Shown: piece by piece, positions 35,463-47,988 of the stretch
Position numbering within the stretch: the first letter of the stretch is position 1
Layout: each line of letters opens with the position of its first letter
The notes under the pieces: generated by a model
Seen by the model: the letters and a program-made list of their open reading frames with translations, nothing else
Told to the model about the DNA's origin: nothing
Database searches by the model: none
Source: Rhizophagus irregularis
Lineage: Eukaryota
DNA: 64,000 bases
NCBI RefSeq assembly: GCF_026210795.1
Contig: NC_089430.1
Coordinates: 3,472,001-3,536,000, forward strand
Direction: 5' to 3'
Translations under genes and position numbers: made by a program

Positions 35463-36927
35463 ATGAGTAGTCAAAATTTTCAGAACCCTTTTCAAATTAG
35501 CCCAATTTTTTTCACGGTATAATTTTTTTCATATTACTTCTATTTGAATAGTTCAAATAATTTATATTATATTTAATTATAGAAACATAATAAAATCAAT
35601 AAAATCGAACAAGTGTATAATAAAGAGAATATTACGAAAGGTTTCATAAATAATAAAGAATATGAACTGAATAAAAGAAAACTTGAAAAAGTCAATGCGC
35701 CGATTAGTCCTACAATAAGGTATAATAAATCAGCAGTTCTAATGAACTGTACAAGCCATTTATTTATTTATTTATTTATAATAATAGAACGCCACCTTTA
35801 TGGACGTTGAATAACTTTGATCTTGGATCTGGTCTCGGTAAAGGACAATTTGGTCGTGTTTACCTTGCAAGAGAAAAAACGAGCGGGTTTATTGTTGCTC
35901 TCAAAGTATTAAATATATCTGAACTGATTAAGAATAATGCGGAAAAGCAATTGTTGCGCGAGGTTGAGATTCAAAATAATCTAAGGTAAATAACCTTATT
36001 CCTCTGTTTCTTATATTATAATCCTTTAATTTTAACTTACATAACCTTACAGGCATCCAAATATTCTCCGACTTTACGGTCACTTTTATGACAAAAAATA
36101 TGTCTTCTTGATTCTTGAATACGCAGCTAAAGGAGAACTTTTCCGACATCTCAGAAAATGCACCAGATTTACAGAAAAAAGAGCTTCGAAAGTATGCATT
36201 AAATCTTTAGTTCTTAGTGAAATTAAGAATTTAATTTCACATTTTTGTGCGAAATATCTTTCTCTTATTTATTAGTATATTGCGCAAATGGCTGGCGCTT
36301 TGGGGTATATTCACAAGAAACATGTGATTCACCGAGATATCAAACCCGAGAACTTATTATTAGATTTGGATGATCAACTTAAAATTGCAGATTTTGGGTG
36401 GTCAGTACACGCTCCAAGTCAAAGGTATGCAACTAAGCAATATTTGTATTCACTTTTTTATTAGTTTTTTAACCTCATTATTCGTTTTTAGACGTAAAAC
36501 ATTGTGTGGCACTAAAGATTATCTTCCTCCAGAAATGGTGGAAAATCAACCTCACGATGAAAAAATCGATCTTTGGTCATTAGGTGTTTTATGCTATGAA
36601 CTTTTGACTGGAAATGCCCCGTTTGAAGAATCAGCTAATGGAAGAGACACAACCTACAAACGGATAGCTAAGGCTGATTTTACAATTCCAGATCATGTAT
36701 CAGTTGACGCCAGAGATTTGATCAGTTCGGTAAGATGTGTAATTTTTAATTTTTAACTATTCTTTGATTTAGAATTAATTTAATTTATACTTCTTTATTA
36801 ACAGTTATTACAACGAGATCCAAATAAACGTTTACCAATAAAAAATGTGTTAAATCACCCTTGGATTCTTAAACATCAAAAGAATTCCAATGTTCTTCGA
36901 GTGACTAACAGATATTATTGTTTGTAA
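35463..36927 (+). CDS. IPL1: Aurora-family Ser/Thr kinase (Ipl1/Ark1-like), multi-exon
   Basis: [70 protein letters not shown] and HPWI, joined across short GT-AG introns. Confidence 0.93.
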
Positions 36928-37250
36928 ACATGTTTTAAAAATAGAAATTTTTGAATTACTAATAAGAGTTGATGTCATACGGGTCAATAATACATTTTTC
37001 AATTCTTTATATATATTACTATTTGGAATGCACCAACAAAATAATGTTGAAACTTCAGATAATAAATAAATAATAAATAAACAAGATCTTTTTTACAAAT
37101 CTGCAAATATCTAGTATCTACACTCATTTCTACATGAAGTTATGGTGTGATGGTTAAAGTTAAGTGGTTCTACTCAGTCCTACGTGGTCTTTGAGATTGG
37201 ACCGTCACTGCAGACTATATGTGGCGCAGCGGGACCGAGGTGACTTCCCT

Positions 37251-37473
37251 AGCGTAACCTGAAAAAAATGTCACGAAATGGCCGGCATTACGCAACTTGA
37301 CTGAAATTAAGTGTGGCGCACTTGTGACGAATAATGTGTGACGAATAAGTTTTTACCTACTCGAAAAAAACTGAGTCCCTCGGATACTTATAGAAAATGG
37401 AAACGCAGTGGAATGTGACGGTTGTGACAAAAAAGTCACGTGATTTTTCATGACATTTTTTTCAGGTTATGCT
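37251..37473. mobile_element. MITE-like element with ~29-bp inverted ends
   Basis: AGCGTAACCTGAAAAAAATGTCACGAAA versus AGCATAACCTGAAAAAAATGTCATGAAA (reverse complement of the right end); internal GTGACG repeats; no clear TSD. Confidence 0.65.
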
Positions 37474-37566
37474 GGAAAAGTCGACCAAGGTGATTACCTG
37501 CAATTTAAAACAAGAGAAAACTTAACCTAGGCCAAGGGTTTAGGCTTCTTATCCTAGACCTGGAGG

Positions 37567-37689
37567 TAGTGCTTCGATCCGGATGGGTTTTTAACAAATC
37601 AATCCGTGATTTATTACGGTTTGGCAACGGTTTATTTGAGTTGGAGCTATAAGTTTGGCCAAAATTAATAAAATTTGTAGAAGTATAAC
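37567..37689. mobile_element. Left half of a TAGTGCTTCGATCC hAT MITE, truncated at the P-like element
   Basis: Same TIR and a similar internal AGTTTGGCCA.AATTA motif as 52683-52906. Confidence 0.7.
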
Positions 37690-40600
37690 AGGACCCCGAA
37701 CAATATATATATATGTCAGATGAAAATTTCAAATTTTATTAAGATCAATAAGCAAACTATTTTCAATCCTGCTAAGCAAACTCTTATTATAACATTAAGA
37801 TTTTTTATACTACTAAGCAATTTATTTTGTGACTTTATAAAATTTTATCTTTTATTTATTGATTACTTTATTAACTAAATTGATATTATTACATCATATT
37901 AATAATACTATTTTTAATAGTATTACGGTTAAAATAATTAAAAGTATCACGTGCTACTCCTGTTAAAGTTAATGAACTATCACCAATTATTACACCATTT
38001 GATTTAATATGATATATAATATTTTGAGGACAATGATGAGTAAATAACGTATAACCTTCCACAGTTTGGCTTGCAAAAATATTGAGATGAATAGGTAAAT
38101 ATACTTGTAACGAAATATATGATAAATCTTCAATCTGAGTTACCGCATTTTGACTATAACAATTGTTACCATAACCTTCATAATACATTGCTATTACTTT
38201 AGCAATACAAATTTTCATCCCATATAGTACAATTACATAGTCACCTTGCTGTAATGGAAAATCTTGAGTAATATTTGCTGATTCAAGATAAATGACTAAA
38301 TAAATAGCAAATTATTAATATTAAAATTATGTAAATAAATTATATATTTGATATTATATTTACTTTTGTTTGTAATTCTATCAATTTGTTTTGTCTTGAT
38401 AATTCAAATTGTTGTAAATTTGCAAGATTAGCTGTCATTGTTTTCCAATTTTCTTTCCATCGCTTTTCACGTTGTTTTACAAATCGTATTTCAGGATCAT
38501 CGTTGTTTGTAAGATGTGAAATTATATGACTAGCCTTATTTGGATTAATAGTATTTTCTTTTTCATAACCAATTATATGTGCACGATTTTGTCTTTCAAT
38601 TGGTCTTGAATTGTATGCTTCATGATGCTTTCGTAATGCAATCATAACCGAATAATTTAGCTCTCCTGTTTGAAAAATATATCTAATAGTAGGATCTTTT
38701 AAGATTATGTTAATACTTAATAATGTATTATTAAAAGTTTCAATAAATGTATAAAAAAAAATAATAATAATACCATGAGTAAGTTGCTCATTATAAAGTA
38801 TTCTTGTATTATTTAAAGTTGAAATAATTTGTGTCTGGATTTGATCATCGATATTCTCAATATTTGATAGATCAAGAATATCATCAACTGTTTCAATAGC
38901 ATGTTTGGAAGCTTGACTAACTGCATCAGAAATTTCTCTATCAATTTCAAAAAATTCATTTGGATCATTTCCAAATTCCGAACTTGACTTATTGATTCCA
39001 GTTGATATTTCCAAATTTTGCTCCTCTATTATTACAAATGGCTGTAATAATGAATTATTCGTATTTGTAGTAGGTTTCATATCAAGTGCTTTGGCGAGTT
39101 CAAATGCCAATTTGTAAGAAAATTTAACAGTTGAAGTAATATCAGTATCTGACGGCCAAGCACATAATTTTGTTAATTTGCTTGAACTAATATTTCCCAT
39201 ATTATAATCAAAATGATAACCTATTTGAAAGTAATATAAAGAAGGGAGATTTAATTAGTCAGCAAAGTTTAATCTAATTATAAACTTAATTTTTATTAGT
39301 AGTTTTGGCTTCTTTCATTAAATTAAATAGAATCAATAATCATAATTATGCTAATTTGCCTGCTTACCATCACGAACCGATTTTTCTTTTTCCAATGTAA
39401 TATTTCTTGTTCTTAATGCTTTGGCGCATTGAGAAATTTTTGGAACTAATTGTAACAATTCTGAATAATTAAAATCAGAATTAATTTGACGCGCCATACC
39501 AAAAAAGTGTTCACAGGCCTCCAATCCATGCATCCATGGTAAAAATGGATAATTTGGGTAATATTCCCGATGTGCTTTTACCAACAAAACCATAGACTCT
39601 GCAAGAGAAATAAAAATTGCAAAGCTTTGGTCCGCTAAAAAATTTTTACTAACAGAAATAAAATCAGGATACTTTTCACTCATATTCGTTACATATTTTC
39701 TCCAAAATCGTAAAAAGAAAAAGGACGTCATTGACATTCTAATTCTTTCTAAAGGAGTTATTTCACGATTTAGGTAACTATCGATAAGTTCGCCTAATTT
39801 TCAAATTACAATTAAATTATGAAAAAATAAATTGTAATAATTATATTATAATAACAAAATTATTTTATCTAACCCATTATGAAAAGGTATACAAAAAGTC
39901 CTCGCATGTCCTCTTCAATATTATGAGTTCCATGACAATTTCGTAAATTTTCTGAACAAAATACACGATATGCCACACCATCGTCTTGGCGATCAAGCTT
40001 TATTACATCATGATGATACATTACGGAATTAGAAAGATTTGACAATTTTAACAATTGTTCAAATCGTGCAGTTGAACTTCCAAGGGTAAGAAGATGGGCG
40101 CCAGACATAATTGCATTACGGCTAGTTTTTTTAGCATGCTTAGGATCTTGTACACGAATAACAGGTCCTACGTTCGGAAAAATTGGGCAGCTGAAATCAA
40201 CTCCAAGTTTATTATTTTTAAAAGTCAACCGTTCGTCTGTTGAATATGACTGAATTGCAACTTGGGCTTTAAATTCAACAATAGCACCATCTAATCCGAT
40301 TGATAAAATTGGAAGGTTAAGCTGTGGTGCTATCTGAGTTAATAATTCTTGATGAAAGCTGGTTATGGTTGACATGTTATCGGATCCGTTATTGGCAATT
40401 AATGCAATAACTACTGGAGGAAAGTTCGGCAATGGTATCTAATAATTTAAATAGTAAGTATCGTTACTTACATTATATAATTATTTTGAATAAACAAATT
40501 ACCTGCAATATATAAGCGCGCACATCTTTTGCAATCGCTTTTTTTGTTTTAATATTATTAATAATTGGTTGAATGTCCTCATATTTATTGATTTTAGTTT

Positions 40601-42429
40601 GTTCAGTCGATAGTGTTGACCCAACAATACAACCTAAAACAGGATTATAGCGAAGGGCAGGTTTCAATTTGGTATTATCGGACATAGCAACAATAGGTCC
40701 CCGATAATTTAATGTATCAATTAGCCTTTTAAATTTGGCAACATTTTCAAATGAAAGGTTAGGATTTGTGAGGATGTCTTCATTATTAGTCCGAAGTTTA
40801 CTAATTTTTATAAAAATTGTTAATATTTTAGAAAGGTTAACAAATGAAGCAAGCAAACTGAACTGAAGGATACCGTATATTTTGAATTGTACGTCCTTCC
40901 AAATTTTGGCGAAAGAGATCAAGGGCTCGAGTACTGAAACTTCCTAATATAATAAGAAAGTTTGTAAAATCTTCATTATATTGAATATTTTGCTTGCCCT
41001 TATTATTATCTTTACGAATTGCAGCTTGGACCATAACTTCACAGAGTCCTGTAAATACAGGTTTTTCTTTAAATGCACCATTGGTTGCTTTATCTGCTAA
41101 TATAATCCATATACTTGAATCATAATTGTCCTTAATAACAGACCAAATTTCATGAAGATCCTGATTTTGCAAATGTTTTTTTAAAGAATTATTTTCAAAA
41201 TAGAATTTTGGTGTAAATTTAAGATTTTCAGGTGCCGGTTTTGGTATAGTAAGACGATGTGCCAATATAGGATTGTATTTTAGTAAATAACATTCATTAC
41301 AAATCGTTTTTCCAGAATCGGAATATCCTGTGCATTCTTTAGCGCGTACAGCAATGCCTATTAACAATATTTGGAAAAGATTTTCATTAATTGATCAATT
41401 AGAATAAAAAAATAACGTAAATAAATATTTACAATCTTTATCAACACGCCATTGAGATTCTGCATAAATTTTTCGATTTAATGCACGTTTCTGAAATGGC
41501 TTAAGTTTTTTTCTTGTAAACTTATGAGGAAATTTTCCAGGATATATTTCCTTAGCAATTATTTCAACACGACGAGCTCCACCATAACATGCAGGTGTTC
41601 TATCAACATATTTTGCAATCAAATCTGAACGCAATCCTAAACATGGCTTTCTTTTTCTACCAGTTTGATTAGTTGCTGGATTAATAATCTCTATATTAGC
41701 ATTTTCTTTTTCATTAATTCCATCCTCATTTTCATCTACTGTAATAATATCGTCATCATCCATTGCATCTTCTACCTCACTTTCCCAATCATTCCAATCA
41801 TCATCTGAATTTACATCATCGTCATCTTTTTTATCAGTTGTTGTAGGATTAAAAAAGCATAAAATACTTTTTTGTTCATTTCGTTTACATCCCGGACCAT
41901 TTGCATGGCGGTTAATGTAATCTTCGTCATATTTCCTATTAAGTTTTATTACAACTCCACATATGCAGATTACCTTTTTAGCACGTACAACTTTAGCAAC
42001 AAATGGATGTCTTTGTAAACGTTGTTTTGAGTATTTCCAGCCACCCATAATGTGCATAAAAAATGTGTGTATATGAAAATAAAAGATAACAAATATGCAA
42101 AGATGATAACGATAATGTGTAAAGAATATGTATAGATAATGATAATATGCAAAGACAAAGATAATATGCATAAAAAAACGAAGAAACATTTTTTTATACT
42201 ATTTTTATTATTTAATATATATAAAATATGATAATTGCCAGATTAGGTATTTGCTACGCAAACTCATAACCGAGTTTAGTTAAATTCATATTTTGTTACG
42301 CATCTAGAAATCTGACCAATTTAAAATTTAACTATTGGTTAAGCAAATAAAAATCTCACATGGGGTAAAATTTCTTATGACCGTTATGCAAATATAAATC
42401 TAACCTATTTATATATTGTTCGGGGTCCT
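37690..42429 (-). mobile_element. P-element-like DNA transposon
   Basis: 20-bp TIR AGGACCCCGAACAATATATA at both ends, enclosing one multi-exon transposase gene; no TSD. Confidence 0.85.
37889..42048 (-). CDS. P-element/THAP9-like transposase, multi-exon (intactness not verified)
   Basis: Ordered motifs SDNTKL, AKDVRAYILQ, LDGA, QDPKHAKKTSRN (DxxHxxKxxRN), DRQDD and ACEHFFGMARQ (ExxFGxxRQ). Confidence 0.75.
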
Positions 42430-43882
42430 CTTATGCTTCTATTTCTCTATCTAAAGTTTCGGTAAAATTTTCCCATTGTACATTGGTTATTTTACTGAAA
42501 TCTACTATTCGTTTGTTTTAATGTTTATCTCCTAAATCTGGATCCTGTAATTGATCTGGGACGCAATACCGGAAATTATTCCTAATGAATCCTGATATGT
42601 TTAGTGTTGTTGAAATTATACTATAATGACTGTTGGTGATCATCTGTGATGAATGCACCGAAAACTCTACTGGAATCACATCGGGTTCATGTGTAATTTA
42701 GATTTGATCAATCCTCGATTTTGAGATAGGACCTGATTTGCTTTTATTTTTATCCCATTTCTCATGTGCGAATATTTCTGCATCCAGATAAAGACTTCTA
42801 CACACATCATAAAAACCTAATTGCGATAGTTGTATTAAGAATTGAGATCCTGGTTGTCCGGTACTGGGTGATCGGTCTATCCTATTATTAATTGTGTCAT
42901 TGAAATCCCCTAAAATAACGTGCAATACTACGGTGTTGTGAACTGATCGGTCATGTCCCTCCATAGCTATTATCAATTCGTCAATCAAATTTTTTCTCAT
43001 GTTTTGATTGTTAGGAGCGGCGTATATTGACCAGACCCATATTTCTCTCTGTATGAATAAAAATTTAACTACTAGAATATATGGGGATATGCGTACTACT
43101 GAGTAATAATGTTTCATCCATTTGTTATGGATCACAAGTGTCATTTCCGATCCATTAGTTTTTTGATCACGTTCACTAAAGATTATCGAATAGACCTTTG
43201 ACTTAATGTCCTGGTTTATAAAATATTCTTGACGATAGTCTGTATTGGTTTCTGATATAGCCGTATTGGTTTCGATATAGCCATAATGTCGATATTATTT
43301 TCTTTACCAAATTCCAATAAATTATGAAGTTTCTGTATAGACGGGACACTAGCAATCCCATCTATATTATGTGCTGCAATGTGCATTTCTAAAAACATTG
43401 AATTTTTCGTCTCTTGGTCATTCAATTTTCCCTTAACAAATCTTAGCCTTTGTTTTGCTAAGAATGCGTTAATACTTTCTTCGTTTGTCAAGGACTCGAC
43501 TACTTCTTCTATGTTGTCTTGATCCTTTCGGAAATCCCCCTTTTCAAACGTTAGTTCATTTGTTTCTCGTAGTATATCATTGTCTGCTTCACCACCCACT
43601 AAATATTCTTTTTGTTTTTGTTGTTGTGATCATTCGTCACTTGTGTGTTGTATTGAGGACGCGTTATTGTCCTGATTATTCTTGTGGAGATTACCCAGAG
43701 CTTGGCATTTTTCCCTCCCTTCCATTCTTACTACGTGTGTAACTTCGTTTATCATCTTGTGTAACCTTCGTTGTTTTTTGTTTAGACCGGCTAAAAAAAA
43801 CCTTAGTTCACTTTCGAAAGTTATAATATTCCACAATATCACAAATTGCAATTATTTTATAATTATCTATTTGCAGCACCAT
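42430..43882 (-). mobile_element. LINE fragment: end of ORF1 and the APE endonuclease of ORF2, truncated before RT
   Basis: APE motifs HNIDG, IYAAP, ILGDFND, SRIDQI and TDDH across frameshifted ORFs. Confidence 0.85.
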
Positions 43883-45223
43883 AGGACCCCGAACATTATA
43901 TACATAACTCAGATCTAAGGTCAAAAATTTTAATATAACTTTATACACTTAATTTTATTAAAGCTTTATACAAAATCATCATATAAGTTTAAATTTTACC
44001 TGAGTTTATATAAAACAAAAATTATTTTATTTATTAATTTTATGTAATTATTTCAATAATGATTATCAATTCAAAAATTCATAATTTTAAAAAAATTTTA
44101 AAAAAACTTACTTGTCATAATTCAAAAATTAGTACTGTTGTGAAAAATACAAATGTTTCCACAAGTATTATACTAATGATTACGAAAATTTAAATCTAGG
44201 TAGTTTTTTGAACCTGCTGAACAACTTTCAATTAATAAAGATAGTCGATTTCATTTAATAAAGGTGCCGAAATTACGCTCTAAAGTTACTGATCGGTGAT
44301 TAAAAAATATTGAGAATGCGAAAATTGCTCGTATTCCATAAGCATTACTCCGATTACTATAAAAATTTAGGTGTATGTAGTTCTGACCTTCGTGAACAAT
44401 TTTCTCTTAATAAAGGAAGTCAATTTCATTTGACTAAAATGCCGTAATTATGCTCCAAAATTAATAAACGAAAAAAGCAAATTTAAAATTAATATAATTA
44501 TAAAAATATGCGTGTACTCCATAAGTATTACTCCAATTGCTATGAAAATTTAGATTCAAGTAGTTTTGGCATCGTTAAACAACTTTCTCTCAATAAAGAA
44601 AGTCAATTTCATTTGGCTAAAATGGTAAAATTACACTCCAAACACACGTCAAATGATCAAAAATAGGCAAAAAAAATGGCACGAATCGCATAAACTATTC
44701 GCAAATTTGTATAAACTATTTACAAATAGTATAGGTTAATTCGTAAATAGCCAAAAACAGCCAAGAATAGCCAAGAATAGCCAAGAATAGCCACTGTTTT
44801 TCGCGCCATTTTTTTTGCCAATTTTTAGCATTTCGACCTGTGAAAGTTTGACGAAAGTAAAAAGAAAAAATTTAGGAATAAATGTATTATGAATTATATA
44901 AAATACCCATATCTTCACAAAATACAGGTAATAAAAACTGGGACAAAAGTATTTAATATGTGCTAATTTGTAAATTTACAAAGTTTTTAAAATTTTTTTA
45001 AAGAAAAATTTTTTATATACGTATATATAATTTATTTATACAAGTATCGTTATACAAAATAAAGATCTCACTTGATTTAAAGATTATCACTGTTATACAA
45101 ATACATATCTGACTTACCAAAAAATTACTAACAGGCTATACAAAATTAAACATATGATTTATTGAAAAATTATATAATAAGTTTATACAAAACTGGATCC
45201 CAGTGTTATATGTACGGGGTCCT
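43883..45223. mobile_element. Non-autonomous element with the same AGGACCCCG termini as the P-like transposon
   Basis: TIR AGGACCCCG(A/T)ACAT; 8-bp TSD AGCACCAT/AACACCAT; three internal ~180-bp degenerate repeats (44150-44640) and AGCCAAGAAT 10-mers. Confidence 0.8.
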
Positions 45224-46194
45224 AACACCATCCTTAGATGATACTATAAGACATTCAATAAAATTAGTGATTTTAATTGCTAATAAAAAGATTGAACAAT
45301 TAATTTTAAAAAAACTCAATGCTAATTAATACTTCTTGGTAAATTCTATTTAATTATGTTAAGATAATTATGGATTATTGTATCAAAAGTTATAAACTAT
45401 GAAATTTTATATATTTGATTCTAATTTAACCTTAGTTTACATTATAATATTTTAGCCAAAATTACATGTATATCAAATTTAGTCTAGTTTGCATTATAAA
45501 TTTAGCCAGAATTATATATCATATGTGCCGATTTTTGGAATTAGTCTAAATTAAGATTTTTATAAAAATTTAATATTTTAGTAAGATTAACATTACACAA
45601 ATCTAAATTAAATATGTGTTACATATTTACGTAACTCAGATTTAATAAAAAATAAAAAAATTTTTTTAATCAATATTCAAAAATAACGGTAATAACCACT
45701 TCTTTTTCCCCATCACTCCCATCACTTTTCCATCATTTTTCTATTCACTTTTATTAAATATGACAAAAAAGTTTATAAGCAAATATAGCAGTTATTTTTA
45801 AGTGGTAAGTAAAAGAAAAAACTTAATATTTTATATACATAGATAAGACATATTTTTTCATAATTTTTAGCTTTAATTTATTGTTTTTTCTTTGTAAAAA
45901 ATACATGCAAATAAAAAATAATTATGATGTAAAATAGTTGTAAAATGAATAATAAGATATTCTTTTTTTTAAAATAACTAATTATATATTTGTTTTTTAT
46001 CTTTTAAAATTATTTCATTAGATTTATTCTACTAAAATCCTTAAATGGCAAATAAAATCTTTTAAATAAAGTAAAAGAATTTGGGATTCTTTTATGAAAG
46101 CATTTTTTGGTAAGAAATAAAATTTTCAGATCGGACTTTATGCAGGTGACAAAATCGTGCATTATTATTCCTGGAGATATGCTAACGTCATCAT

Positions 46195-46760
46195 TTTACA
46201 TTCATTTGAAAGCTGAGAATTTGCTCTATCGTAAGAATCAAAGATCAGGAAAATTGGATCACTGGATGAGGCGTAATTAACGATCAAAGTCAAATCAAAT
46301 TTAAAAATTAAAAATAAATATATTAGACGTAATTATTCACAATCCAGTGATTCAATTCATTCGATTTTAGGCTTATTAGATAGACCTCAATTTTCTCTTT
46401 CAAATGAATATAATTTCATTCGTGTAGCTTGCATCTACAGGTATTTAATAAATTTTTTTATATCAGATTTTATCAAATTTATAAAATTTTATATTAATAA
46501 TATAATTGATGATTCCTAAACATCTACATATATTAAACGAATTATTTTAAATTTATTTTAAAGATAAAAGTTGGCATCACCTTAGGGAGCAAAGATCATT
46601 CAAATTGAATCACTATATGTGAAGTAATTAATGATCAAATTTAGATAAAATTCAATAATATACTGAACGTGATTACTGAACAACTAGTGATTCAATTCAC
46701 TTGATTTTAGATTCATTAGATAGATCTCGATTTTCTCTTTCAAATGAATGTAAATTTATT
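46195..46760. repeat. Degenerate palindromic units with TCATTTGAAAG/CTTTCAAATGA ends, duplicated; probable transposon remnant
   Basis: 46195-46415 is imperfectly self-complementary and partly repeated at ~46590-46760. Confidence 0.5.
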
Positions 46761-47988
46761 TGTATAGCTTATTTCTACGAAGAATTATCAATGATTTTGT
46801 CATGAGAGTTATATTTGATCTTTTAAATTTTAATGATATCTTATATTAAAAAAAAATTAAAAATTATATAATTAATTAGTTTTTTTTGCATTATCTGGTA
46901 TAAATTTATTATTCTTATATAAATGATAATTTATATTTGCTTTAATAAAATTATTTTTGTGTAAAAAAATTAGATTCCAAGGATCGGCCCATATGTATAT
47001 AACAAATACTTAATTATGATTGGTTTTAATATAAGGTCATATGATTAATATAGTTATGTAATATATTATATGTAAAAATAAAATTGGCTTCTCAAATAAA
47101 AAGTGAATGTTTTATGCTGTCACCTATTATAGATTTTGGAAAAATAAAGATCAGTAAGTATTTTTAGAGAGAAAAGCAGGTTTTTAGTTTTTTTATATAA
47201 AAATATTTATTAATATTTTTTTACTTCCTCTTTTTTTGTAAATATCAGTTTAAAACTTAAAAATGGAAACTAATAGGTATTTCTAGAGAAGAAAGTGGGA
47301 GAGTTTTTTTTAGTTTTTTTATATAAGAACATTTATTAATGTTCTTTTACTACTTTTTTACTTTTTTTGTAGATTCTAATCTAGAATTTTGATTAGTAGT
47401 AATCCTTTAAGCCTTTAAGTTCATTATTATTATTTGTTAAATAAATTGTTTGATTTAGTTTTTAATGCAGTTACGCTATTTCAGAAATTATAGTTTTATT
47501 ATTTCTAATAAATAATTAATAAATAAATTTATATTTATAAACTGGTGTGTTTTTTATTAAATTATCATTTAAAGATATTAGAAAAAATTTAATTATCAGC
47601 CAACCAGAATTGCAGAATTGCAGATTACTACAATTCAATTCCAAAATCTGCAATATTGCGAATTTTGAAAATTATTTGCAGATTTATTCTTAAAAATTAC
47701 CAAATCTATTACTAGAAATCAAAAGTAAAAATTGCCATCAAAAATCAAAAATAAGTTTATTAAAGATTGAGAATGAAAGTTATATTACTAAAAAAATATA
47801 AAATTATTATCAAAATATAAAATCCAAGTACTTTTCAAGCTGAAATTTGGATTTTTCTAAAAAAAAAGAAAGAAACATTAATGATTATTCAAAATCAAAA
47901 AAAAAATAAAACAAAAAACTAATTACCAAAGTCTGAGGTTTTATAATTGCAAAATTCATGCTAAAATCCATAAAAAAAAATAAATTAA

